From IMG/VR virus record IMGVR_UViG_3300039165_000048, positions 1 through 64,000 of that record: a DNA stretch of 64,000 bases; one strand, written 5' to 3'. The translations under genes and the position numbers were made by a program. The notes below the pieces were generated by a model that saw nothing but the letters and a program-made list of their open reading frames with translations, was not told the DNA's origin and made no database searches. This document shows positions 10,188 through 18,735 of this stretch, piece by piece. The first letter of the stretch is position 1. Each line of letters opens with the position of its first letter. The stretch comes from a virus. Lineage: Duplodnaviria; Caudoviricetes.

Positions 10188-11048
10188 TTAAACTTTTTTA
10201 TTTTTTTTATCTAGAACAACATCAACATCAAGATACGTTATTCCTGTTTCTTTGTCTATAAAATTTTTAGTAACCTTAAAAGATGTTTCACGAGGTAATG
10301 TCCATTCTCTTTCACCTAAAAATTCTGTATTAACGATTGAAGTAGGTGCACATGAGGTACCTCGCGGAACATTTATTCTTAGCAATACTGCACCTTCTTT
10401 TATAGCATCATTTTTGTTTGCACTTAGAAAACTTTTTGCATGATTGATATTTTCTGTAGTACCTATAAAACCTTTATCTTTGAAAGTACTACCAACTTTT
10501 TGTTTTAATAATTGTTTTACTCCTGTTATTCCGCGGTATGTTTTTATATTATTATTTGTTTTAAATTTACTTATTGCAGAATCAAGACTCTTTATTACAT
10601 TTTTAGTTTCAGGATTAATATTATCAAAAGACTTACTTTTCCTCAAAATTTCATTAATAGGTGTTGACCAACCAGTACCAACCCAATTTTCATGAAGTGC
10701 CTTATATTCATTAAAAGATAGTGAATTATTATAATCAATTATATCTTTTTTAGAATGAGATGTATAATAATTTATATTTCTTGTACCAGACGCAGAATCT
10801 AAATCGTCTTGGGATTTTATTGCATCATCATATATTTTTTCATTAATCTGCGGAACTTCTGATATTTTATTATTATCATCATCTAGAAAATAATTATTAT
10901 TATCTGATTTATTTTCTTTTGATCCTCCACAGCTTCCTGGTCCCGATCCTACTTTTTCAGAGTCCGGGCAGTTATAATTTAATTTTATTGTAGTGGTTTC
11001 TGAATCCAGGGAATACATTTTGCCGGGCTTGCCAACAAATTTATACAT
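10188..11048 (-). CDS. VIP2-like ADP-ribosyltransferase with shared N-terminal leader
   Basis: Leader MYKFVGKPGKMYSLD..IKLNYNCPDSEKVGSGPGSCGG; INEILR, TYRGI, FIGTT, VPRGT, EREWTLPR. Confidence 0.85.
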   Translation of the reverse strand: MYKFVGKPGKMYSLDSETTTIKLNYNCPDSEKVGSGPGSCGGSKENKSDNNNYFLDDDNNKISEVPQINEKIYDDAIKSQDDLDSASGTRNINYYTSHSKKDIIDYNNSLSFNEYKALHENWVGTGWSTPINEILRKSKSFDNINPETKNVIKSLDSAISKFKTNNNIKTYRGITGVKQLLKQKVGSTFKDKGFIGTTENINHAKSFLSANKNDAIKEGAVLLRINVPRGTSCAPTSIVNTEFLGEREWTLPRETSFKVTKNFIDKETGITYLDVDVVLDKKNKKV

Positions 11049-11053
11049 TATGT

Positions 11054-12865
11054 TTACTCCTCAAGAACTTTGTCAAAGTACTTGGTCTTCTTAAGTATTT
11101 TCATGACGTCATTTTCAAGACTTCCCAGAATGTCTTCTGCTTCCGCGTCTAGTTTGTTTGGGGTTACAATGTCATCAAGGGTTTTGTTTTGTTTTATAGG
11201 GCTAGATTGAAATTCCATGCCCATAGGTTCCGAAAACTTATTAGAATCGTCAGGAATCGTTTCTGGAACAGTTTCTAGGCCAGTTTCTGGTTCAGTTGGT
11301 TCTTCAGCCATATTTCCTCTGCCTAGCAGTGCTTCTAAGTCCATGCCGCCCATTTCAGGACTTCCCATTCCCATTCCGGGCATTCCACCTTGTTGCTGCT
11401 GACCAGCCATCGGATTTCGCCACAACGCAAGTTCTTTTTCAAGAATTTCGCGAACGGTTAGGCCTTCCATCCAGGGAGCAGGATCCAGGGCGGGTAATCC
11501 AAGTTCTTCGCGAGCTTCATCAAGGGTAATAACGTGGTTAGTAAAACGTTGCAATGCTATGTTTTGTTTTACTTGTTCATCCTGGGGAATCAGGTCATCC
11601 CATTCAAAGGTTACTGACCAACCTTCATATCCATTATATTCCAGGAATTTATTCCAGATTTGTTCTTGGAACGCCTTGGAACACATGTTCTGCCAGCCCT
11701 GCACCATCATCTTGAGGAGTTGCAACAATGGCTGAGATGTCGCAGAAATTGCTGCCGCTTGAATTTCCAGCATATCTCGCGGGAATATATGAGAAATGGC
11801 TTCCTTAATAAGATAGTTGTCAATTTCTGTTGGATTGAAGGCCACATGACCCTGGTCCCAGCTAAGGTCTATACCGCGCGGTACTGCAACAGCGAGGTCC
11901 GCAGACTGATTTTCCACGAGCTGTCTAGCATAATCCCAGAGGTCTGTTAACATTATGTCGGCGGTATTTGATCCGGCGCCAGGTATTGCACTTGTAACGG
12001 ATAGCGGTACACCGCTTGCATTCTTGAGGGCATCCAGATATTCTGGAGGTACGCCAACTGTTGCAATTTGTTTTGGAGATCCAATTCTGGAAACAGTTTG
12101 CATGACACGCTTCCTTACAAATTCCAACTGGGAGATAGTGCTAACGATGCCTTGTAGATATGGCTCGCCGTCTACAAAAGGCGACGACTTATCCTTGATG
12201 TGAATAACTTGTTCAGTTGGAATATTAATTGGAATACCGGTGGTTCCGTAGTTGTTTTGAAGTTGCCAGTATTCATAGGACTTTGATTTTTTATTGTAAA
12301 TAATGCCCTTCAGTATATGCCCCACCATATATTTGTCACGGTCACCTTCGGCTTCTGGCGGTGCCTGCTTAAATGAAGCAGCCGGTAACCTATTCACAAC
12401 GTCGGGAACTATGTAACCGTCGTCGTCTTCCTTCCAGGTAACTTCTCCGATAAAAGATCCATACGTCATAATGTCGTAAAGGGCTTGTACGCAAAGTATG
12501 GTGGTGTCGATGTTGTGGTCCAGTTCATTGAGTTTCGATAAAATTTCATTAACAGTATCTGGATCTTCTTCTATGTCATCAGGCGGATTTAACTTAAAAT
12601 CAAATCTTGGAAACGCAATCAACTGTAATTGCCATAAGGAGCGGGCAACAGGTGGTGCCCTAGCAGTCTGTTCCAACAGCTTTATATCTATACGATTACC
12701 AGAATAAAATGAATATATATTTGGGAAAGGAGCGCCAACTGCTGCAGCCGTTATACTACTTCCACCATTGCCAACCGACGTCACTTGTGCGCCCGGCTTT
12801 TTCTTTAAGAAAGCCCGTGGTTTTTTCTTGGGCATTGTTGGAACCATATACTTTATTTCAGTCAT
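11054..12865 (-). CDS. Phage portal protein
   Basis: 603 aa; IPTEQVIHIK..DGEPYL, ITLDEAREELGLP and an acidic low-complexity tail are typical of portals; directly upstream of the MuF cluster. Confidence 0.75.
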   Translation of the reverse strand: MTEIKYMVPTMPKKKPRAFLKKKPGAQVTSVGNGGSSITAAAVGAPFPNIYSFYSGNRIDIKLLEQTARAPPVARSLWQLQLIAFPRFDFKLNPPDDIEEDPDTVNEILSKLNELDHNIDTTILCVQALYDIMTYGSFIGEVTWKEDDDGYIVPDVVNRLPAASFKQAPPEAEGDRDKYMVGHILKGIIYNKKSKSYEYWQLQNNYGTTGIPINIPTEQVIHIKDKSSPFVDGEPYLQGIVSTISQLEFVRKRVMQTVSRIGSPKQIATVGVPPEYLDALKNASGVPLSVTSAIPGAGSNTADIMLTDLWDYARQLVENQSADLAVAVPRGIDLSWDQGHVAFNPTEIDNYLIKEAISHIFPRDMLEIQAAAISATSQPLLQLLKMMVQGWQNMCSKAFQEQIWNKFLEYNGYEGWSVTFEWDDLIPQDEQVKQNIALQRFTNHVITLDEAREELGLPALDPAPWMEGLTVREILEKELALWRNPMAGQQQQGGMPGMGMGSPEMGGMDLEALLGRGNMAEEPTEPETGLETVPETIPDDSNKFSEPMGMEFQSSPIKQNKTLDDIVTPNKLDAEAEDILGSLENDVMKILKKTKYFDKVLEE

Positions 12866-13001
12866 ATAAAATGAACCTCAAAACAACTTATTCAATAAAA
12901 AGGAGCAAATACAGTTTTACGACTAACTTTTATTATAGGACCACCAAAAACTATAAATACAAAAACCCTATATACATAATTAACGTTAATAGGAGGCAAA
13001 A

Positions 13002-13433
13002 ATGATAATAATTGATTGGATCCGAAGAAAAAACACCAAAAACGCATACATAGAATTTGAAAAAGTAGTACGGTGTGGAGAACCGTGCTATGAAGTATTG
13101 ACCTTTAAAAACTTCCCAAAAATAGATGATTGCACAAAAGAATATTTACAATCGAATACGCATGTATTTGAAAGATATTACAAATTAGTGAACTTTGATC
13201 AAGTTCCAGTATTGACAATATATATACATATAGAAGACTTTGAATTTTGTAAGGAAATAGGAAAAGGCACCGTAATAACCAAGCAAGAATACGAACTATT
13301 AGAAAGGTGGATACCAATAGCCCTCACAAAATTTGAAAACGTATCGCAAATCAAAAAAACACACCACGGAAAATTCACGGTCTATTTTGAACCATACGTT
13401 AGTATGGTATCAGAATTTGAGGAGTGGTTCTAG
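13002..13433 (+). CDS. Hypothetical protein
   Basis: Own promoter (ACCAAAAACTATAAATA at 12943) and a GGAGG RBS. Confidence 0.65.
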   Translation: MIIIDWIRRKNTKNAYIEFEKVVRCGEPCYEVLTFKNFPKIDDCTKEYLQSNTHVFERYYKLVNFDQVPVLTIYIHIEDFEFCKEIGKGTVITKQEYELLERWIPIALTKFENVSQIKKTHHGKFTVYFEPYVSMVSEFEEWF

Positions 13434-13576
13434 CATTAATATTTTTCGAAAAAATTATACTATATCATTCAATTGTTTTGCGACTTTTCGAATGACTTCC
13501 ACGTTCTCAACCCATTCATCAAAGCATTCGTTAGAATGCGATATATTTGTTTGAAAATATGTCATATTATTATCAC

Positions 13577-13819
13577 CTAAACATCATAAAATTTGCATTC
13601 ATTTGCGAGGTTAAACCAAAAATTGATAACCACAAGACCTATAAACAATAATGGGAAAAATAATATAATACCCAGTAGCATATTCGTGCAAAATACATAA
13701 ATTTCTATACAAACAAATGAAAACCCAAATATAATCAATAATACTAGTGCAAATATTTCTACAAAGTCTTTTGTAGCTGATTTTATACTACACACGAATA
13801 CTTCCCATAAATTTTTCAT
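13577..13819 (-). CDS. Small two-TM membrane protein
   Basis: Two hydrophobic segments; paralog of 13829..14065. Confidence 0.65.
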   Translation of the reverse strand: MKNLWEVFVCSIKSATKDFVEIFALVLLIIFGFSFVCIEIYVFCTNMLLGIILFFPLLFIGLVVINFWFNLANECKFYDV

Positions 13820-13828
13820 GTATATCTC

Positions 13829-14065
13829 CTATAAGTTCCACTCAACCATAAGATCAAACCAAGTGCGTGTAATAACACAACCAATGAAAGCTAGTGGTAA
13901 AACCAATACCAGACCAAGCAATACACTTATAGTAGTTAATACATAAGCTTCTATAAATGCTAACAAAACTACAAATGCTGTTATTAATAGTATTGCAAGT
14001 ATTGTCTTAAACTTATTTGCAACAAATTTTGTGTTATTTATTAATAGTTCAAGAACATTTTTCAT
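13829..14065 (-). CDS. Small two-TM membrane protein
   Basis: MKN..E...IE.YV...LLG..L..PL.FIG...WF.L pattern shared with 13577..13819. Confidence 0.65.
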   Translation of the reverse strand: MKNVLELLINNTKFVANKFKTILAILLITAFVVLLAFIEAYVLTTISVLLGLVLVLPLAFIGCVITRTWFDLMVEWNL

Positions 14066-14086
14066 AAATACTCACCATTCACTACT

Positions 14087-14527
14087 TTATTTATATACTA
14101 ACTCGGTGCGGAGTGTTTGTGCTTCCTTTTCTCCCATTTTATATTCATCCTCATTAACCATATCCTCAAAATAACCAGCATGAAAATATGGTTTTTTATA
14201 AACCTTTTTACGTGTATCGGTTTTTATATTATTTTTCACGATTTCTATTAATTCTTTTGTGGCACCATCAAAATCAATTTCATCCGAATGCCAATTATTA
14301 ACTAAATCAATCAAAAAGTCCTTTACTAGGTCTTCACATGTAGGTTCTTGTATTTCCCAGTGGCCGGTATATACTTTTCTATTATTAATGATTCCAAATA
14401 AATCGCTTTTAATATTTTCCATGTAATGGACGGCAGCTGTATAGTCAGATGCCTTAAACAAAACAATCTTGTTTGGGCCGTGCTTTGCGTAAAAGATGCC
14501 TTTGTAGGTTTTCATGTTATACCTCAA
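14087..14527 (-). CDS. Hypothetical protein
   Basis: ORF within a tightly packed minus-strand cluster. Confidence 0.6.
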   Translation of the reverse strand: MRYNMKTYKGIFYAKHGPNKIVLFKASDYTAAVHYMENIKSDLFGIINNRKVYTGHWEIQEPTCEDLVKDFLIDLVNNWHSDEIDFDGATKELIEIVKNNIKTDTRKKVYKKPYFHAGYFEDMVNEDEYKMGEKEAQTLRTELVYK

Positions 14528-14718
14528 TATGTTTCACGTAACCAAGCAAACATAATAAGTCCAGTTAATGCAATTCCATAAATTACTACTGTTGTTCCAA
14601 ATTCTTCATAAATTTTTATTAGCCCCGCATAAATCAATATAAATCCCCAAAATGACGTCATGAATAATAATACTAATTCATATAATGTATCTTTTGACAT
14701 TTTATTACTTCCTATCAA
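14524..14718 (-). CDS. Small two-TM membrane protein
   Basis: Two hydrophobic helices. Confidence 0.55.
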   Translation of the reverse strand: MIGSNKMSKDTLYELVLLFMTSFWGFILIYAGLIKIYEEFGTTVVIYGIALTGLIMFAWLRETY

Positions 14719-14739
14719 GTTTTCAGGGTCCTTTGTGTA

Positions 14740-14955
14740 TTATCGCCACTTCCTTGAGTATGCTTCATCTATTATTGAACCAATAAATATAATAAATATT
14801 GTTAGATATGCTAACACGATTATACCAAAAATTACATCAATATAATTAAGTGCTATTGCAAAACTATAATTTATTATTGCATTAATAATAATTATAATTA
14901 TCGAAAACGGTATTAATCCAATTACAAAATACCGAATGTATTGTAATATCGACAT
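14740..14955 (-). CDS. Small two-TM membrane protein
   Basis: ILQYIRYFVIGLIP...YSRKWR; paralog of 15370..15582. Confidence 0.65.
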   Translation of the reverse strand: MSILQYIRYFVIGLIPFSIIIIIINAIINYSFAIALNYIDVIFGIIVLAYLTIFIIFIGSIIDEAYSRKWR

Positions 14956-15140
14956 CAGTAATCACGCATCTCCAATGTCCAATCAATAATTGTACCAATT
15001 GTATATATAACTAATAATATTGATCCTATTACCAAAGCATATACTATATATATTGTATAGTCCCTCAATAACCACACAAGCAATACTAGTAATACACACG
15101 GTATTGAACCAACTATGAACTTCATAATATACTTTGACAT
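14955..15140 (-). CDS. Small two-TM membrane protein
   Basis: KFIVGSIP...IGTIID; same family as its neighbours; translationally coupled. Confidence 0.6.
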   Translation of the reverse strand: MSKYIMKFIVGSIPCVLLVLLVWLLRDYTIYIVYALVIGSILLVIYTIGTIIDWTLEMRDY

Positions 15141-15157
15141 TATATGCCTCTATATTA

Positions 15158-15379
15158 TCAAAATCTTAGCATATCCCAAAATCCACCACTTTTTTTATAT
15201 TTACCAATTTGATATTCACGATCTCTAGAATCTTTATCCCCATAAATAATCATATTATATACTTTGCTATATTTTCCATTGGAAATATTTTTTATAGCTT
15301 CTTTTTCTTTTAGAACTCTTACAAGAAATATATTGAATATTGTCTCACTATAAGTAGGTTCTTTGTACATTACCGCCAC
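15158..15379 (-). CDS. Hypothetical protein
   Basis: ORF in a packed cluster. Confidence 0.5.
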   Translation of the reverse strand: MAVMYKEPTYSETIFNIFLVRVLKEKEAIKNISNGKYSKVYNMIIYGDKDSRDREYQIGKYKKSGGFWDMLRF

Positions 15380-15582
15380 TTCCGTAAGTAATCTTCATCC
15401 ACTATTATACCAAACACAATAATAACTGCTATCAAAAATATACCTACAAATATATTAAAAACTACTTGCAGCAAATTTGGCGCAACTTCATAGATATACC
15501 CAATTGCATGCATACTAAGTGTGATTATTAAAAGCGGTACTAGTCCAATTATGAAGTATCTAATGCCTTGCAATATCATCAT
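15370..15582 (-). CDS. Small two-TM membrane protein
   Basis: ILQGIRYFIIGLVP...YLRKWR. Confidence 0.65.
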   Translation of the reverse strand: MMILQGIRYFIIGLVPLLIITLSMHAIGYIYEVAPNLLQVVFNIFVGIFLIAVIIVFGIIVDEDYLRKWR

Positions 15583-15752
15583 ATAATACTCTTCCTTATT
15601 TCTAACCTAAATATACTATCCTTATTAATCATAATTTCTAAATATGGATTATTTGTCCAATAGCACAACCAACTGTCATTAATGTTATATCCGTCTACTG
15701 TTGTTTTTAAATATTTTCCATCCATTGTAATGATAGCTAAATCATGTTTCAT
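15579..15752 (-). CDS. Hypothetical protein (start revised to ATG15752)
   Basis: MKHDLAIIT...; GAGG RBS. The upstream part of the track ORF is a leader hairpin. Confidence 0.55.
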   Translation of the reverse strand: MKHDLAIITMDGKYLKTTVDGYNINDSWLCYWTNNPYLEIMINKDSIFRLEIRKSII

Positions 15753-15756
15753 TTTT

Positions 15757-15830
15757 TGCCTCTTCAAACAAAGAAAAACAAAACAACCAAAAGGCTGTTC
15801 TGTTCTTTCCTTGTCTGGTTTTGGGTGCAC
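15757..15830 (-). ncRNA. Structured 5' leader hairpin (family member 2)
   Basis: CAGACAAGGAAAGAACAGAACAGCC-TTTT-GGTTGTTTTGTTTTTCTTTGTTTG with G-U pairs; starts ~20 nt after the promoter at 15851-15867. Confidence 0.55.
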
Positions 15831-15892
15831 ATTAATAAACACTGTATGAGTATTTAAGTTTTTTGGTTATCCTGATTTTCAATACATATGAA

Positions 15893-16144
15893 CTACTGGA
15901 TCTCCTTTTGGCGGAGTTTCTGCACATTTTCTTCAGCATTTCCAGTGCCCTTACAATGAGGATAGTTTCCTTTTCTTTTATGATGCGATTCAGACTTATA
16001 TGGAACCATTATGATGGCTGGAAACTTTGAAAATCCTTCTCCTGTTATGGTTATTGAACCTTTTTTCATGTTTAGTATATAGTCAATTCCTTCAATTAAC
16101 ATAATACCATTTTTGCCTTCGATTGTAATTGTATTTTTAGACAT
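15893..16144 (-). CDS. Hypothetical protein
   Basis: ORF with a degenerate CxGxG motif. Confidence 0.5.
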   Translation of the reverse strand: MSKNTITIEGKNGIMLIEGIDYILNMKKGSITITGEGFSKFPAIIMVPYKSESHHKRKGNYPHCKGTGNAEENVQKLRQKEIQ

Positions 16145-16161
16145 TTTTACTTCCTTTGGAT

Positions 16162-16614
16162 TCAGTATATTGGTTCATTAATTTTATTTCCTTCAGTTTT
16201 AGAACTATCTATTGCAGTGTTTATATAAAAGTTACCACATTTTTTATGTTGTTTTTTGGATGCACTTTGTTTCATTTTTATTGCTGTTATGTACGCGCCT
16301 AGCAATGCCTCTGCTGGGGAATTTGCTTCTTTCCATGTTATACCTGATTCATGGTATTGGTTATAATAATCTCCGTCGTATCCAGGACCAATTTCACATA
16401 TTTCAGCATAATGTGATTTTTCTTCTTCGGGGGTTTGTTTATGTACGCTCCATGTCCATCCTCGGCTTTCGCATGCTCGCTGGATGCAACCTTGAATTAG
16501 TGCATGGCCGGATGTACTATTTTCGTTGATTAAGAATGACAATGATAGATCTATGTCATTCCAAGTCTTAGGATCGACTTGTTTCAAATCCTCCAGAAGC
16601 TCAGAGAGGGTCAT
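16162..16614 (-). CDS. Hypothetical phage protein
   Basis: 150-aa ORF with a GAGG RBS. Confidence 0.6.
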   Translation of the reverse strand: MTLSELLEDLKQVDPKTWNDIDLSLSFLINENSTSGHALIQGCIQRACESRGWTWSVHKQTPEEEKSHYAEICEIGPGYDGDYYNQYHESGITWKEANSPAEALLGAYITAIKMKQSASKKQHKKCGNFYINTAIDSSKTEGNKINEPIY

Positions 16615-16684
16615 CGAAAGGCCTCTGGATATTCCTCCGCGAGATTCGTGACGTATATTCTAGTTTCTGTATTATCTTCGGGGT

Positions 16685-16984
16685 TCATTGTTTTCTCCTT
16701 CCTGAGCCACCACATATAGGGCATTCTTCGTGTTCGTATAAAACAGGGAAATGGCAACGTTCACTAAATACTGGTATTGCTATGTTTCCGGTTCCAAGAC
16801 AACTTTGACAAACTTCTGTTTTTATTTTAGGAGGATGATCAATGTTAAAATGCTTTGGATTTTTCGGACCTTCTGGAATAACCACTGGATAGTTTATTAA
16901 TTCGATCTTATAGATATCCGAATCTAAAATCTTGTTCAGACGTTCTCTGTAATGTATTAGGTCTTCTTCATTATCAGGATTCAT
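16685..16984 (-). CDS. Protein with DnaJ-type CxxCxGxG zinc-finger repeats
   Basis: CQSCLGTG and CPICGGSG; GGAGG RBS. Confidence 0.65.
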   Translation of the reverse strand: MNPDNEEDLIHYRERLNKILDSDIYKIELINYPVVIPEGPKNPKHFNIDHPPKIKTEVCQSCLGTGNIAIPVFSERCHFPVLYEHEECPICGGSGRRKQ

Positions 16985-16999
16985 TATTTTCCTCCTTTA

Positions 17000-17233
17000 T
17001 CAGTACCAATGAATAATAGATATTGTGGTTGCTGGTTTCATTCCTTGCTCAGTAGTGGATATAGGAATAACCTCCCCGAAGGTAACTGGATAAGTGCTCT
17101 CATCGAACAGTAGATCATCTTCGCTGGATGATCTTGCAACTTTGCCACTTCCATTACATACCGGGCACACGATTAGGTCGGGATCGTACAGAATGCAGCA
17201 ACGGTAATATTGATGTTCTTTTTCAGTTATCAT
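17000..17233 (-). CDS. Small CxxCxGxG protein
   Basis: CPVCNGSG; coupled to the upstream ORF. Confidence 0.55.
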   Translation of the reverse strand: MITEKEHQYYRCCILYDPDLIVCPVCNGSGKVARSSSEDDLLFDESTYPVTFGEVIPISTTEQGMKPATTISIIHWY

Positions 17234-17463
17234 TTTTCCTCAAAGCTGCTGTATTTTCCAACAGTAAATCTGTTAAAATCTTCCTCGCACGTACATCTTC
17301 CATTCTTTTCCCTCCCACAGTCATCTTTTTCTTCTAGATATACATTAATTTTTATTATATATCCTTTGGTTATCCAGTCGCATAAATCCGACATCAAATT
17401 AAGAAGTCCGCCCAAATGATCGCTGCTTAAATTATATACCCTAGTCGGAATTCCATATCTCAT
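17230..17463 (-). CDS. Hypothetical protein
   Basis: GAGGTGA RBS. Confidence 0.55.
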   Translation of the reverse strand: MRYGIPTRVYNLSSDHLGGLLNLMSDLCDWITKGYIIKINVYLEEKDDCGREKNGRCTCEEDFNRFTVGKYSSFEEK

Positions 17464-17483
17464 ATCAATTCACCTCACTACTT

Positions 17484-17913
17484 TTATTTTATCCCTATGG
17501 GGCAAGACTGAATTTGGTTTTCACATTCAAAAGTTAGTTTTATAGTGAATGGATTATGTTTAACAATTGTAGCTTTGTTGCTTTTTAATAACTTTCTAGC
17601 TTTCGCTCTTGAACATGGCATTAATGGTTTGCCATCTACTGCTAATACATACACATTTGTCTTTAAGACCGCCTGTATGTGGGCGTTGTTCACTTCGGGA
17701 TTGTTATCAGAGGTCGAGAAGCTCCGCTCACTGAGAGTTTCCTCTCTGTTTAAAGACGGAACCACAGAGCTACAAGCTAGTGAAGCACTTGTAGGTGTGC
17801 TAATTAATTGTCTCTCTGATAACTTCTGCATAGATTTTCACCTAAGCTCCCTAATCAACTCTTGCGTCGAACGTCGCCGTTCAAGCCACGCCCTTCAGGA
17901 CGTGGTAGTTGAC
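17484..17913 (-). mobile_element. iscB: Internally deleted IscB (IS200/IS605) element: end hairpin, omegaRNA/HEARO-like region and PLMP domain only
   Basis: End sequence GTCAACTACCACGTCCTGAAGGGCGTGGCTTG. The ORF fragment VYVLAVDGKPLMPCSRAKARKLLK...PFTIKL matches the IscB N-terminus and stops before RuvC-I. Confidence 0.8.
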
Positions 17914-17987
17914 GTACAGCAATTTGGTTTTCTAATTCTTCAATCTTTTGTTGCATTGTTTTCATGTAAGTCACCTCATTTTCTACT

Positions 17988-18004
17988 AAGTACTACTAGT
18001 ACTT
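17988..18004. promoter_or_regulatory. Palindromic operator AAGTACTACTAGTACTT
   Basis: 17-bp palindrome upstream of a GAGGTGA RBS on the minus strand. Confidence 0.6.
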
Positions 18005-18012
18005 GATTCTAT

Positions 18013-18264
18013 TTATACGTTTTGGTCACCATACACTTCATCTACAATTTCATCGATATCCCTTGGATAATACCCAGATTCCTTTAGCATGTTTCTAAGA
18101 TCATCTTCTTTACTAATACCCGGCTCTGGTTCCATTATGTCAGAATATTCATGTAGAATCCACGACATTCTAGTACCGGCGTCATATCTATAATCTCCAC
18201 CTTCTCGGAGTAAAGCTAACTTTAGTTTATGTATTCTTGTTTTAGTGTCATATGTATACATCAT
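18013..18264 (-). CDS. Hypothetical protein
   Basis: ORF with a GGAG RBS. Confidence 0.55.
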   Translation of the reverse strand: MMYTYDTKTRIHKLKLALLREGGDYRYDAGTRMSWILHEYSDIMEPEPGISKEDDLRNMLKESGYYPRDIDEIVDEVYGDQNV

Positions 18265-18304
18265 ATTAATTCCATCTCCTAATATATTCCATACTAATTA
18301 TTCC

Positions 18305-18718
18305 TTACCTTGTCCTTATTGCAATCATTGGTACGTCTATCTTATATTCCCCAAACTTGCCGAATGACGGTGTTTCTTTTTCAACAGTCATGGCTTCGAC
18401 GCAGCAAAATACATCAACTTTCCAATGTTTCGGACACAATTGTTCCAATAGTTCTCTGGCACATTTTCTGTTATTGTAGATTATTAATGCGTCAACTACG
18501 TTTTCACGGTGGTGACTAGTTCCATCTGATAACACCAAATGAATTGTTTTTATGCAAGATTCTCCAGAAAGAGATATGCAATGGTCCTGTAATATGCTAA
18601 ATAAACTTTTTTCTTTACAATTTCCATAGAAATTTAATTTTGGTTCATTGATGGTTTTCATTTCTTTATACCTCCAATTTTTAAATTGGTCCATTTGTTT
18701 TTTGAAATTATCAAACAT
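18305..18718 (-). CDS. Hypothetical protein
   Basis: GGAGG RBS. Confidence 0.6.
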   Translation of the reverse strand: MFDNFKKQMDQFKNWRYKEMKTINEPKLNFYGNCKEKSLFSILQDHCISLSGESCIKTIHLVLSDGTSHHRENVVDALIIYNNRKCARELLEQLCPKHWKVDVFCCVEAMTVEKETPSFGKFGEYKIDVPMIAIRTR

Positions 18719-18735
18719 CGCAGTGCCTCCATGTT

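Noticed and set aside
3629-10695. Plus-strand ORFs (3629..4090, 5218..5854, 9709..9912, 10252..10695) as immunity genes
   Set aside because: They lie fully antisense to ART coding sequence and read like reverse-frame shadows.
4310-11048. ART tag repeats as a CRISPR-like array, intein or DGR template/variable pair
   Set aside because: They are in-frame coding repeats with synonymous variation; there are no intein splice motifs, no reverse transcriptase in the window and no obvious adenine-specific mismatch pattern.
17660-17831. N-terminal half of track ORF 17484..17831 as real protein
   Set aside because: It runs through the predicted omegaRNA region; only the PLMP part resembles IscB.
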